The notes: generated from the sequence alone by a model not told the origin. Positions 37,978 through 48,749 are shown, counted from the stretch's first letter. The stretch is DNA of 64,000 nucleotides from an uncultured archaeon (GCA_938045545.1 CALIBN010000007.1:1-64000), one strand, 5' to 3'. Program-made: numbers and translations.

Positions 37978-40578
37978 CTACACTGAAGGAGGTGGAGGCG
38001 GCGGAGGGAATGGTTGGGCGTAGGAAGGCTTCCTTCTTCTCAGCAGGAGTATGGCAACGATGACAACAATTAGGGCTAAGACGGCTGCGTATAGCCAAAT
38101 AGGTATGCCGACAGTGTATTTTGACACGGGTGTTCTGGCCTCATTGCCCACGTTATCAACCGCCTCAACATAGTACTGAACCTCTTTGAAAAACATTTGA
38201 GAAGGTATGGAGCCCCTGTAAACCCCTTCTACAAGAACCATCGTGACCTTTGTCCAGGTGGAGCCTCCGTCTGTTGAGTAGTAAAGGCTGGCCTCCTTGA
38301 CTCCTGAAACCGCGTCTGAAACCTGGCATATTATTGTTGTTTGTTCTCCGAAGACAGGGTTTGAGGGCTCTGACAAGCCTGTGATCGTGGGCGGAGAATT
38401 GTCCACCTTAAGCATGAAAGAGCCGCTCCAAGACGCCGCATTATCCATGTTGTCAACTGCTTCAACACTCCAATTGTGGCTTCCCTCGGAAAGGGTTATT
38501 GTCTTAGAATACTCGCTGCCGCCAGCCATGGTTCCCTGCGGAATCCCGTCGACAGTGAGCCTAACCTCCTTAACTCCTGAGCCGGCATCCTCAACCCTGA
38601 CTGTGAGCTTTACGGACGTTGAGCCCATGACTATGCTTCCGGTGGGTGAAGCCCCACTTATGGCGGGAGGAGTGCTATCAAGGATTACGGATACTGTTTT
38701 CTCAGCCTCATTGTTATCGGCCCTGTCTATACTGTAGTATCCTATCGTATGGGGGCCGTCTGAAAGGGCTGAGAGAGTAAAGCCTGATGTGTAAATATTC
38801 CAAGAGCCGCCATCAATCCTATACTTAGTCTGTTTAACCCCGCTTGCATCGTCTGTCGCTGAAAGCTCGAACAACGTTGAGCCTGAAACAAAGATTGTTG
38901 CACCACTCGAATGCTTCGGATCATAGCTTATTGTTGTTACTGGGGGATTTGTATCAGGGATGACTGTGACTGTTGCTGTGCCGAGGGTTAGGCCTGTTGC
39001 TGAGGCCGTTAAGATCCATGTCCCCCCTTTCACATCGTAATAGTCAACCTTAACCATACTTGAGCCCGCTGGAATTGTTATGCTCGTTATCCTGGTTGTG
39101 GTTCCGAATTTTCTGAACTCCCCCTCAGGCGATGTTGTTGAAAGGCTTACGATTATGGGTGTGGCGCTGGTGGTTTCATATCCGTTAGCATCCCTGATAG
39201 AGATGTTGAGATGTGAGTATGTTACTCCAGCAGCCATGGTGAAGCTTGAAGGCGTTAAAGCAAGCTTCTCTGGAGGACCCGCCTTAACGTTGAAGGGGTT
39301 GCTCTCACCAGTCTTACCCGCGCCGCTAGTAGAAATCTTAACACTGTCCCCTATCCTGCTTATAGTCACCATGCCGGTCCACTTCCCGTTTACGAACGCA
39401 CCTGTTAACCTAGGCTCTATGGTTCCAGTGGTGTCTGAAAGGGTGTTTGTCCCAGTGTAGTCGGTCTTAACATTGCCATAAGCATCATAGGCAGTAATGG
39501 TTATTGAGAATGGCACTGCAACCTGCTTCGGCGAAGTTATGGTGTCGAATGCGAAACGGTCAAGCGGCCCCGGCTTAACGGTCAACTGTTTAGCATCGTC
39601 ACCGTAATTAGGCACGAAAATTATGAAGCCGCCGCTCCAAGTAAAATACATGTAATCGTCTGTCCAAACATGAATATCCCATGTCCCAGCCTTATCATCA
39701 TAATACCAGAACTCTTTAGAGTTTCCATCGGATTCAGATATTGTCAGCTCCGTTATCGCTGACCCGCCTTGGGTTAGAGAGAACTTCTTGTTGGCTGAGG
39801 TTGAGGTTGAGCTAAGCTTAACCTTTAAATCTCCACGGGTCACGGGCTCACCGTTATAGGTTTTCCGGGTGACAGTCAACTTAACCCATTTACCAGCTTC
39901 AAGCGTGGTGCTTGCAAGACTAAGCTCCAAGTGAGGAGGATAATACTTAACCTCAAGGTAGGGACGCAGGCTTGAATCATCGTGTTCCTTAGAATACATA
40001 TACCAATAAATTTGAGTAGCGGCCGATTCAGTGCTGTCCTTAAGCCTCCAACCGAAGTTTGGCATCGCGCCAGCAATATCCTTCGACGCAAACTTTTCAA
40101 CTGAACTCTTCACATCAACACTAAGCCAAACGTTTGAAGTAGTGCCGACTGTTATGGATGATACTGAAACCATGGCTGGAGGCTGATTGTTCCACGTGAT
40201 TGTTCCCTCATCCCAACCATCTGCATTAACAAGATGACACGCCAACGTTCTGCTTGAAGAAGGAGCTTTATACATGAATAGCTTGAGGCTGGCTGAAACG
40301 ATTACTGAGCCCGGAGGAATCGTGTTCAGATCAAACTTTATGAAGGAGCGCCAAACTTGAGAATCGCTGGAACCAGCACTAACCCCTATATGTGTAAGAG
40401 CACCGTAATTGTTACTGCTAAAGGATCCTCCTGCAACTAACGCGTCACCTGTAGGGGAGAAACGTCTGGCGAGCAGAGGAACCTCGTCACCTGCTACTCT
40501 CGTAACGATGCATGGTGTTTCCGAGCATACGATTATTATGATTATTAAAAGGCCTAATACTAGACTTGACTTATTCAA
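37978..40578 (-). CDS. Large surface protein: DNRLRE domain + Ig-like repeats + C-terminal TM + polyproline tail
   Basis: Signal peptide; RSFIKFDL..IP.G..I.SA.L.L, WDE.TITWNNQP, SKE...RPYL; DDASGV..TKY.IDG Ig modules; TM; PFPPPPPPP. Confidence 0.8.
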   Translation of the reverse strand: MNKSSLVLGLLIIIIIVCSETPCIVTRVAGDEVPLLARRFSPTGDALVAGGSFSSNNYGALTHIGVSAGSSDSQVWRSFIKFDLNTIPPGSVIVSASLKLFMYKAPSSSRTLACHLVNADGWDEGTITWNNQPPAMVSVSSITVGTTSNVWLSVDVKSSVEKFASKDIAGAMPNFGWRLKDSTESAATQIYWYMYSKEHDDSSLRPYLEVKYYPPHLELSLASTTLEAGKWVKLTVTRKTYNGEPVTRGDLKVKLSSTSTSANKKFSLTQGGSAITELTISESDGNSKEFWYYDDKAGTWDIHVWTDDYMYFTWSGGFIIFVPNYGDDAKQLTVKPGPLDRFAFDTITSPKQVAVPFSITITAYDAYGNVKTDYTGTNTLSDTTGTIEPRLTGAFVNGKWTGMVTISRIGDSVKISTSGAGKTGESNPFNVKAGPPEKLALTPSSFTMAAGVTYSHLNISIRDANGYETTSATPIIVSLSTTSPEGEFRKFGTTTRITSITIPAGSSMVKVDYYDVKGGTWILTASATGLTLGTATVTVIPDTNPPVTTISYDPKHSSGATIFVSGSTLFELSATDDASGVKQTKYRIDGGSWNIYTSGFTLSALSDGPHTIGYYSIDRADNNEAEKTVSVILDSTPPAISGASPTGSIVMGSTSVKLTVRVEDAGSGVKEVRLTVDGIPQGTMAGGSEYSKTITLSEGSHNWSVEAVDNMDNAASWSGSFMLKVDNSPPTITGLSEPSNPVFGEQTTIICQVSDAVSGVKEASLYYSTDGGSTWTKVTMVLVEGVYRGSIPSQMFFKEVQYYVEAVDNVGNEARTPVSKYTVGIPIWLYAAVLALIVVIVAILLLRRRKPSYAQPFPPPPPPPSV
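39000..39829 (-). repeat. Intragenic protein-level repeat (two copies of an Ig-like module)
   Basis: VKLSSTS...ITELTI...YYDDKAGTW (about 39664-39829) versus VSLSTTS...ITSITI...YYDVKGGTW (about 39000-39156). Confidence 0.65.
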
Positions 40579-40738
40579 CTCTTTTCATCTTAAAAGCGGC
40601 TTCCTAGGATATAAACGTTTCCATGTTAAAGCGAATATCTTGGCTCATCCTTTTTCCTTCTAAACATCTTTTTCACTACTTCTTAAGAACCCGTATAATA
40701 ATTAAGCGACTGTGCTTTAAAAAGTTAAATAACTCCTT

Positions 40739-43738
40739 ATGGCTCGTCAATTTAAAATGATAGAAGAAAATAAATTTAGAAAACCTGTTTCAATATTCAA
40801 GGGCGCTCCATTCTGGTCGATAAACGACCTGTTAACTGAGGATAAAGTTAGGAGAGAGGTTCAGATCTTATGCAGTGCTGGATACGGAGGCGCGTTCTTT
40901 CACGCTAGAGAAGGCCTCGTCACACCGTTCCTAAGTGAGGAATGGTTTAATGCTTTCAGAGTTGCGGTTGAAGAAGCGGAGAAAAACCACATGTTAATCT
41001 GGATTTACGACGAGCTCTGGTGGCCCTCCGGCTTCGCAGGGGGGCTTGTCCCTTTTTTAAGCTCTAAACACAGGGCTAAGGCGCTGGTCATGATGGTTGA
41101 CACGAGAAGCTACAAGGGGGAAGACATCATAGCGAGCTTCGAATGTGTTACAGATGGAAACGGTCTTCCGACAGAATTTAAGAGGGTTTTCGAAGAGAAG
41201 GCGGATTCAGAGAAGCTCTATCTGACATTTCTGAGGTACGTGGCGCCAGTCGGGGAGGCCTGGTACAATAGCTCATGCTACGTCGACCTTCTTGATTACG
41301 GGACAGTCAAGCAATTCTTAAACCTGGCCTACAAGCCTTACGTCGACCTTTTTAAGAAGGATATTGGAAGGACTATTCCAGGGGTTTTCACGGATGAGCC
41401 CAACTTCTCGTCAAGCAGGCCGCCTCCTAGGCAAGCCATGCCCCCGAGAGGGCCGAGGATACCACCCTTCTCAGTGCCATGGACAGACGGGCTTCCAGAG
41501 AGGTTCAGGGAGGTCAACGGGTATGATTTAATAGATCATCTTCCGAAGCTTTTCTTCGACGTCGGCGACTACATGAAGGTGCGGTATGATTTCTGGAGAA
41601 CTGTTACTCTTCTTTTCTTAGAGTCTTTCTCGAAACAGATATACGAGTGGTGCGATAGGAATAATCTGAAGTTTACCGGCCACTATTTGAGCGAGGACGA
41701 CCTTCTTGGTCAAACAATCCGCATAGGTGCAGCGATGCCTCATTACGAGTATCAGCATGTTCCTGGAATAGATCACCTGGGTATGCATGTCTGGAGGAGC
41801 CTGCTAACCGCTAAACAGGTTTCCTCGGCGGCGAACCAGCTTGGAAAAGAAAGGGTTCTATGCGAAGTCTACGGCTGCACCGGGAACTACCCGACTTTCG
41901 AGGACAGGAAGTGGATTGGCGACTGGCTTATAACGATGGGCGTGAACCTGATGTGCCACCACCTAGTTCCCTACTCGATGAGGGGTAGGAGGAAAAGGGA
42001 CTACGGGTTGAACTTCCACTGGGGTCAACCATGGTGGGATTACAACGAGTACATAGAGGATCATTTCTCAAGACTGTGCTACGTGCTTTCCAGCGGGAGG
42101 AGGATCGTAAACGTGCTCGTTATCCATTCGATTGGAAGCGCCTGGGCAAGCTATTCTCCGCTGAACGATTCCACTGTAAGGGTTCTGGACAGTCAGCTTA
42201 AAGGGTTGCTAATGTCCCTTCTGAAACTACATGTTGACTTCGACCTTGGCGACGAGATGCTTATGGAGAAACACGCTAGTGTCGAAGGCTCTAGGCTTAA
42301 GGTTGGGAATGCTTTCTACGACGTCGTGGTTGTACCGCCTTGTCTAACGCTTGCTGGAAGCACGATTAGGCTCTTAAAGAAGTTTAAAGACTCAGGAGGA
42401 GAATTAGTGTTCGTTAAACCGCTTCCGAGCCTGGTTGATGGGAAGCCGAGCGTAGAACTGGCGGAGCTCATCAACAGGTGTACAGTTAAAGAGGATTATG
42501 ACACAGGATCTTTGAGCGACGTTTTGCCGGACCACTGTAAAATTTTGAAAATAGATGGCGATGAAGAGGGTAATCTCCTATACCATTTGAGGAGAGACGA
42601 TTCTGGCGACATGTTTCTGTTCGTTTTTAACTCGAGCAGGGATAAGGCTGTGAACGCTAGAATCGGGCTTCACGGTTCTTTCAGCATTAAACTGTTAGAT
42701 ACTCTAAGCGGTTTAACATCGGAGTTTGAAGGCTATGTGGAAAACGGTTGGACGTATCTGGAGCATGTTTTCCAACCTGTTTCCTCACTCCTCCTTGCTT
42801 TCTCGCCTGGAAAGCCGAAGAACATGTCCGTCAAGCCTAGGAAAACCTTAGAAATACCACTGTCTTCAGACTGGAGTGTTAAACGGATTGATCCTAACGT
42901 GCTGGTTTTAGATTACTGTAGGTACAGGACGAGTGGTGATTGGAGTGAAAAAATGCCTCTTTGCAAGGCTAGAAAACAGATAGTTGCAGAAGGTGTTGGA
43001 ACAAGGTTTACTTTAAAATTCGATTTCGAGTTGAAAACTACTCCTCTAGGTAAGAGTATTAAGCTGGCCATGGAGACACCCCACTTGTTCAAGATTAGGA
43101 TAAACGGGAAAGACGCTCTCTGGAAGGATGAAGGAAACTGGGTTGACGACTGCCTCAGGGTGATGAGTGTAACCGAATATTTGAGAGAAGGTATGAACGA
43201 GATTGAGCTTGAAGGACTTGTCGGAATCGAGCCTGAGATGGAGAACATTTTCCTCATCGGCGAGTTCGGGGTTGAGCTTCCCCCTGGAAAAAATCCAGTG
43301 ATTGTCGATGAGCTTGCTCAGGTTGAAACTAGGGATCTGGCTAAACAGGGCTACCCGTTTTACGTCGGCTCCTTCGAACTGCGCAACGAGTTTCAGTATG
43401 GTGAGGACCCTAGCAGTAAGACGGTTGTCCTGAGGCTGGATGGCTTAAAGGCTGCGCTCGCCGTAGTCTATATTAACGGTCAGGAGGCTGGCAAGGTCTT
43501 CATGCATCCTTTCACTCTTGATGTGACAAGGCTTGTTAGAAAAGGGGTGAACGAGCTTAAAGTGAAGATCGTTGGGACGCTGAGAAATGCTTTCGGACCG
43601 CTGCACTACGCGGGAGGAGACCCGCTCTACATAGGCCCGGAGACTTTCGAGGATGAAAGACACTGGACTGATGAGTACGTTTTAAAACCGTTTGGGCTGG
43701 AGAAAGCGGAAATCGTTATTTACGAGAAAAGCCTTTAG
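40739..43738 (+). CDS. GH106-like glycoside hydrolase (alpha-L-rhamnosidase-like)
   Basis: PFWSIN, GGAFFHAREGL, WIYDE..WPSG.AGG, GVFTDEP, PGID.L, KQVSSAA.Q, CEVYG; C-terminal sugar-binding domain. Confidence 0.78.
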   Translation: MARQFKMIEENKFRKPVSIFKGAPFWSINDLLTEDKVRREVQILCSAGYGGAFFHAREGLVTPFLSEEWFNAFRVAVEEAEKNHMLIWIYDELWWPSGFAGGLVPFLSSKHRAKALVMMVDTRSYKGEDIIASFECVTDGNGLPTEFKRVFEEKADSEKLYLTFLRYVAPVGEAWYNSSCYVDLLDYGTVKQFLNLAYKPYVDLFKKDIGRTIPGVFTDEPNFSSSRPPPRQAMPPRGPRIPPFSVPWTDGLPERFREVNGYDLIDHLPKLFFDVGDYMKVRYDFWRTVTLLFLESFSKQIYEWCDRNNLKFTGHYLSEDDLLGQTIRIGAAMPHYEYQHVPGIDHLGMHVWRSLLTAKQVSSAANQLGKERVLCEVYGCTGNYPTFEDRKWIGDWLITMGVNLMCHHLVPYSMRGRRKRDYGLNFHWGQPWWDYNEYIEDHFSRLCYVLSSGRRIVNVLVIHSIGSAWASYSPLNDSTVRVLDSQLKGLLMSLLKLHVDFDLGDEMLMEKHASVEGSRLKVGNAFYDVVVVPPCLTLAGSTIRLLKKFKDSGGELVFVKPLPSLVDGKPSVELAELINRCTVKEDYDTGSLSDVLPDHCKILKIDGDEEGNLLYHLRRDDSGDMFLFVFNSSRDKAVNARIGLHGSFSIKLLDTLSGLTSEFEGYVENGWTYLEHVFQPVSSLLLAFSPGKPKNMSVKPRKTLEIPLSSDWSVKRIDPNVLVLDYCRYRTSGDWSEKMPLCKARKQIVAEGVGTRFTLKFDFELKTTPLGKSIKLAMETPHLFKIRINGKDALWKDEGNWVDDCLRVMSVTEYLREGMNEIELEGLVGIEPEMENIFLIGEFGVELPPGKNPVIVDELAQVETRDLAKQGYPFYVGSFELRNEFQYGEDPSSKTVVLRLDGLKAALAVVYINGQEAGKVFMHPFTLDVTRLVRKGVNELKVKIVGTLRNAFGPLHYAGGDPLYIGPETFEDERHWTDEYVLKPFGLEKAEIVIYEKSL

Positions 43739-43840
43739 CAAAACATCTTTCACACCGTTTTTATTTCTGCTGACCTTTTTAACGCGATTCAAATGGAAGG
43801 TTTAAAAGCCTCTTTAAAAGCCTCCGTTCAGTAAAAACGG

Positions 43841-44635
43841 TTGCTGAAAATAATTGTTCTCATAAAACAGGTTCCGGATATCGAGAGGGTAAGGTTCGAC
43901 GTAGAAACAGGTAGAATAGATAGGAGTTCAGCGCCGGCAGAGATAAACCCGTTTGACCTGAACGCTCTCGAGGCGGCTGTACAGATTAAGGAGAAGGTTG
44001 GAGGTTTCATCACTGCCATAAGCATGGGTCCGATGCAGGCCCTAAGCTCTCTGAGGGACGCTATGGCTAGGGGTGCTGACGACGCGATCCTTCTTGAAGA
44101 CAGGAGGTTCGCCGGAGCCGATACTTTGGCTACTTCCAACACTCTCGCTGCTGCTATTAGAAAGATCGGGTCCTACGATATTATTCTCTGCGGGGAGAAG
44201 ACTGTCGACGGTGACACCGGGCAGGTTGGCGCAGAGGTTGCGGAGCTTCTTGAAATCCCTCATGTCTACTATGTTTCAAGGATTGTTAACGTTTCTGAAA
44301 ACTCTATTACCGTCGTCTCCGAGATGGAGGATGCTTCCTACGTTTTGGAATCTGGTTTCCCGGTTCTGGTCAGCGTCACGAGGGATGTCAACAAGCCTAG
44401 GCTGCCAACATTGAAGAGCAAGATGAAGGCTATGAAAAGCGAGGTTAAAATATGGCACGCTGAGGACTTGAGCGGTTTTCTAGACCCGGATAAGGCTGGT
44501 TACGCTGGCTCTCCCACATGGGTTCACAAGGTTGTTGTTCAAAGGGAGAAAACCAGGCAGGTTAGGATATACAGACAGGTTGAAGAGGGGATTCAAGAGT
44601 TGATGCGCCTCTTAGAGTCTAAAGGGTTGATTTAA
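43841..44635 (+). CDS. etfB: Electron transfer flavoprotein beta subunit
   Basis: IKQVPD, NPFD..ALE, SMGP, GADTLAT, DGDTGQVG, GSPT.V. Confidence 0.93.
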   Translation: MLKIIVLIKQVPDIERVRFDVETGRIDRSSAPAEINPFDLNALEAAVQIKEKVGGFITAISMGPMQALSSLRDAMARGADDAILLEDRRFAGADTLATSNTLAAAIRKIGSYDIILCGEKTVDGDTGQVGAEVAELLEIPHVYYVSRIVNVSENSITVVSEMEDASYVLESGFPVLVSVTRDVNKPRLPTLKSKMKAMKSEVKIWHAEDLSGFLDPDKAGYAGSPTWVHKVVVQREKTRQVRIYRQVEEGIQELMRLLESKGLI

Positions 44636-44636
44636 A

Positions 44637-45641
44637 ATGGAGGGTAGAGGCTCAGGTGGAAAAGTACTCGTGGTCGCGGAGCTTAGGGGGGAGGCAATAC
44701 ACCCTGTTACTTTCGAGCTTCTCGGAAAAGGCAGGGAGATAGTGGAGCATACTGGTGGGGAACTCTGGAGCGTGGTTTTCGGCAGCAACGTGGATAAGGC
44801 TAAGGCTTCAGAGCTAATATATTACGGTGCAGACCGGGTTTTCCTCTTCAACGACCCTGTTTTTTCCGGTTTAAACACGATGGTTTACGCACACAATCTC
44901 ACTAGGCTTTGTAGGGAGGAGAAGCCGGACGTAATCCTGATAGGGGCAACATGCTTCGGAAGGTCTCTGGGTCCAAGGGTTGCGGCAGCGCTTAAAACGG
45001 GTTTAACAGCAGACTGCATAGATTTAAGGATGGACGAGAACGGTGAGCTGATACAGATCAGGCCAGCATTCGTGGGGAACATCTTAGCGTACATTAAGAC
45101 TAAGACTAAGCCCGTGATGTCTACTGTGCGGTACAAGGTTATGAGGGCGAGGGAGAAGGATGAGAGTAGAAGCGGCCTGATTATCGAAAAAACGGCTGAG
45201 AAACCTTTCCAAGACAGGATCAGGCTTATTGGGGAGGCAATACCCAAGAAGCTTAACATAGCGGATGCTGAAATCATAGTTGCAGGCGGCAGGGGGCTGG
45301 GGTCTGCGGAAGGATTCAAGCTACTGGGGGAGCTCGCCAGCCTGCTTGGAGGAGTTGTGGGCTCAAGCAGGCCGCCTGTGGACGACGGGTGGATAAGGAA
45401 GGAGCATCAAGTCGGCTATAGCGGGAGCATAGTTAAGCCTAGGCTGTATATTGCTTGCGGAATCTCCGGCTCGCCGCAACACCTGTTCGGCATGAAGGAT
45501 GCCGAAACAATAATAGCCATTAACAGCGACCCTTCGGCACCCATATTCAGGGTTGCTGACTACGGTATTGTGGGAGACCTTTATCAGATCATACCCCTTA
45601 TGGTAAAAGAGATAAAAGCCAGGAGGGGCGGCGTAGGTTGA
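44637..45641 (+). CDS. etfA: Electron transfer flavoprotein alpha subunit
   Basis: GLTADC, RPA, AGGRG, SRPPVD, QVGYSG, GISGSPQH, AINSD. Confidence 0.93.
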   Translation: MEGRGSGGKVLVVAELRGEAIHPVTFELLGKGREIVEHTGGELWSVVFGSNVDKAKASELIYYGADRVFLFNDPVFSGLNTMVYAHNLTRLCREEKPDVILIGATCFGRSLGPRVAAALKTGLTADCIDLRMDENGELIQIRPAFVGNILAYIKTKTKPVMSTVRYKVMRAREKDESRSGLIIEKTAEKPFQDRIRLIGEAIPKKLNIADAEIIVAGGRGLGSAEGFKLLGELASLLGGVVGSSRPPVDDGWIRKEHQVGYSGSIVKPRLYIACGISGSPQHLFGMKDAETIIAINSDPSAPIFRVADYGIVGDLYQIIPLMVKEIKARRGGVG

Positions 45642-47002
45642 TGGAGGGTTTAGCAGAGCGACTTGAGGAAATCGTAGGCAGGGAAGCGGTGGTAAGCGGT
45701 AAAGACAAGATTGAGAGCTACTTGTTCGATGAAACGTGCATTCCGGTGAGACCGTCTGCCATATCAGACTGCATAGTGGTTAAGCCTGCTAACAGCGCCG
45801 AGGTTTCGAGAATCCTTAGGCTGGCTAACGAAAAAAGAATTCCAGTATACCCTAGGGGAGGCGGGACAGGCCTTGTGGGAGGGGCTGTGCCGACTAGAAG
45901 CGGGATAATCGTTTCCCTGGAGAGGATGAATCGGATTGAAGTGGACGAGGAAAACCTGATGGCTGTCGCAGAAGCCGGGGCGACACTGGGGGAGCTCCTG
46001 AAGGCTGCTGAGGAAGCAGGCCTCTCTTTCCCGCCGCATCCCGGGGACGAGGGTGCTCAGATAGGCGGCCTCGTGGCCTGCAACGCTGGCGGGGCCAGGG
46101 CGGTTAAGCATGGTGTCATGAGGGGCTTCGTAAAGGGCTTGGAGGTTGTTCTGCCCACCGGGGAAATCGTAACGTTTGGCGGTAGGCTTCTGAAAGACAA
46201 CATGGGCTACAGCTTGATGCACTTGATCATAGGAAGCGAGGGCACGCTTGGAATTATAACTAAGGTTGTTTTAAGGCTTAACCCTAAAGCGCCATACTCC
46301 TTCACCCTGCTGCTTCCTTTCAACTCGAGGCATGACGCGCTTAATACTGTCCCAAGAATACTGCGCTCCGGGGTGACTCCCCTTGCTCTAGAGTATGTCG
46401 AGAAGGAGTTGATGGAGCTGTCTGCTGAACACTTGGGCGAGAAATGGGTTTTCGAGGGAAAAGTCTTTCTCATAGCAATACTGGCTGGGGAGGAGAACGT
46501 TGTCTACTCTGAGGCTGAAAAGCTTTCCCAGCTATGCGTTGAGAACAACGGGCTTGAGCCTTCAGTTGCAGAGAGAAGGGACGAGCAGGAATCCATTTTG
46601 AGAATAAGAAGCAATATTTACACCGCTCTTAAACGCGACTCCATGGATATTCTTGACACGACGGTTCCACCATCTGCAATTGGAAAGCTGGCGGACGCTA
46701 TCGACACTATTGCCGAGAAATATGGCGCGCACATTCCTGTTTACGGTCATGCTGCAGATGGAAATGTTCACTCCCACGTAATGAAGAGGGATGCTGAGAA
46801 ATATGAGTTGATTAAGAGAGAAATATATGAGACTACGATAGGCCTTGGAGGAACCATCAGCGGTGAACACGGTGTCGGGAAAATACGGGTGAAGGAGCTT
46901 TACCGGTTCACGCATCCGAAGAAAATCGAGCTTATGAAGGCGGTTAAAAGGCTTTTTGACCCGAATAATATTCTAAATCCTTCCACGGTGCTAGAGGTTT
47001 AG
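45638..47002 (+). CDS. FAD-linked 2-hydroxyacid (lactate/glycolate) dehydrogenase, LctD/GlcD-like
   Basis: RGGGTGL.GG, NAGG, GSEGTLG, GHAADGNVH, SGEHGVG, FDPNNILNP. Confidence 0.88.
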   Translation: MMEGLAERLEEIVGREAVVSGKDKIESYLFDETCIPVRPSAISDCIVVKPANSAEVSRILRLANEKRIPVYPRGGGTGLVGGAVPTRSGIIVSLERMNRIEVDEENLMAVAEAGATLGELLKAAEEAGLSFPPHPGDEGAQIGGLVACNAGGARAVKHGVMRGFVKGLEVVLPTGEIVTFGGRLLKDNMGYSLMHLIIGSEGTLGIITKVVLRLNPKAPYSFTLLLPFNSRHDALNTVPRILRSGVTPLALEYVEKELMELSAEHLGEKWVFEGKVFLIAILAGEENVVYSEAEKLSQLCVENNGLEPSVAERRDEQESILRIRSNIYTALKRDSMDILDTTVPPSAIGKLADAIDTIAEKYGAHIPVYGHAADGNVHSHVMKRDAEKYELIKREIYETTIGLGGTISGEHGVGKIRVKELYRFTHPKKIELMKAVKRLFDPNNILNPSTVLEV

Positions 47003-47080
47003 GAAATTAACAGGTGAAAATAAAGCAAACATAGAGGGTTAAACCTCCGTGAAGGATACAGGTATCCTCTTGAAACGTAA

Positions 47081-47461
47081 ATCGCATTCTATGTTTCTGA
47101 TTTAAAGAAGGCAGTAAAATTCTATGAAGAGATACTCGGTCTGGAAAAGAAATACGAGTATTCTAGCTATGCGGGTTTTGAATGCGGTGGAGTTGAGGTA
47201 GGATTAATTCCGAAACTTGAAGAGTGTAAACATGACACTTCAAAATCGCCGTCAGTGGAGTTTCTGGTTGAAAATGTAGAAAGGTTTTATGAGGAGTTAA
47301 AAGGTAAGGGTGTAAAGTTTACTAGGGAGTTGCATGAGGAGCCGTGGGGTGGGAAGCAAGCGACTTTTACAGACTCTGATGGAAACATTTTAGAGATAGT
47401 GCAGATTGATTGGGAGAAATACTTTAACGTATCTGCCCAGGGAGCGAAAAAGAGGGCATAA
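47081..47461 (+). pseudogene. VOC/glyoxalase family gene lacking its 5' end
   Basis: Open frame IAFYVSDLKKAVKFYEEILGL...VEFLVENVE...EPWGGKQATFTDSDGNILEI, preceded by in-frame TAA at 47078-47080 with no standard start codon. Confidence 0.7.
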
Positions 47462-47551
47462 GTATTCGTGCGCACTGCTACGAAGGCATGTAAAACCTCT
47501 CAGGGTCGTTCATAATGGATCTGTAACGTTACTCGCCCTAAAACAATACTG

Positions 47552-48691
47552 TTACGACTCGAACAAGATTCCTCCTATGAAGGTCATTCGAACCCTGAAG
47601 TCTTCCCTTATTACAACCATGTCAGCATCCTTTCCTTCCTCTATGCTTCCTTTACACTCTTCAACACCGAGCAACCTAGCCGGGTTATGCGAGGCTACTT
47701 TAGCTACTGAGCTTAAAGGAACACCCGTAAACTTGACGAAGCGTCTAGCCAGCTCGTTCATGCCTGCTGATGTTCCAATCAATATGCCGTCCACGTATCT
47801 CGCCGTCCCGTTTGAAGATATGAATTCAATACCGTTGTAAACATACTTGCCGTCAGGTAAACCCGTCGACCTCACTCCATCTGTTATCAATACGATTCGG
47901 TCTTCACCCAAAATCCTTGCCGCGAATCTCACCATGGATGGGTGAATGTGAACCCCATCGGATATCATCTGTACAGTCACATCCTTAGACTCGAATATGG
48001 CTAGCACTGGACCTGGAGCCCTATGGTGAATAGGCGGCATAGTGTTGAAGAAATGAGTAACATGCTTAACACCCATTCTTATGGCCTTCAAGGTCTCCTC
48101 GTAGTCTGCTGAAGAATGCCCGAGGGACACTATCACCCTGTTTTCAAGCAGAAGGCTTATAACCTGCTCCGCGCCCTCAAGCTCAGGAGCCACAGTCATC
48201 ATCCTGAGCCAACCCTTACACTTATCCATTATCTCAGACAGAACTTTAACCGAAGGCTTACAGATCGAGGATTCTTGGATCATTCCTCTTCTCTCCATGG
48301 AGATAAACGGGCCTTCCAAATGGAATCCTAGAAACCTAGCTCCGTTTAAGCCCCTCGAGACCCCGTTCAACGCAGCCTCTAAATGCTTGTTTTCAAAACC
48401 CGGCTTATAGACGGTGGTTGCAAGGAAACCGGTGACCCCAAACTTGGCGCATGTTTCAGATATAGTGCTGACTGCTTCCTCATCCTCGTCGAGAATGTCA
48501 GCTCCTCCTGCACCCTGTATGTGAACATCGATAAAGCCTGGGAACAAAAAGTCACCTTCCAGGTCAATACTCTCCCCCTCAGTGTAGCCGTAGATTGGTT
48601 TACCGATCTTCCTTATCCTCCCGCGGTCGATTAGAACGTCTCCAAAGGTTTCCCCCCAAGGGTTAACTATCCTAGCGTTTTTAATTAGCAT
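47552..48691 (-). CDS. nagA: N-acetylglucosamine-6-phosphate deacetylase
   Basis: PGFIDVH, HLEGPF, TVAPE, GHS, THFFN.M...HHR, DGVH, TD, NPA. Confidence 0.9.
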   Translation of the reverse strand: MLIKNARIVNPWGETFGDVLIDRGRIRKIGKPIYGYTEGESIDLEGDFLFPGFIDVHIQGAGGADILDEDEEAVSTISETCAKFGVTGFLATTVYKPGFENKHLEAALNGVSRGLNGARFLGFHLEGPFISMERRGMIQESSICKPSVKVLSEIMDKCKGWLRMMTVAPELEGAEQVISLLLENRVIVSLGHSSADYEETLKAIRMGVKHVTHFFNTMPPIHHRAPGPVLAIFESKDVTVQMISDGVHIHPSMVRFAARILGEDRIVLITDGVRSTGLPDGKYVYNGIEFISSNGTARYVDGILIGTSAGMNELARRFVKFTGVPLSSVAKVASHNPARLLGVEECKGSIEEGKDADMVVIREDFRVRMTFIGGILFES

Positions 48692-48749
48692 TCAAATCTG
48701 CTTGAAACAATTGACTATTAAACCTTCCTTCTAGGGACCCAGCGGGCCT

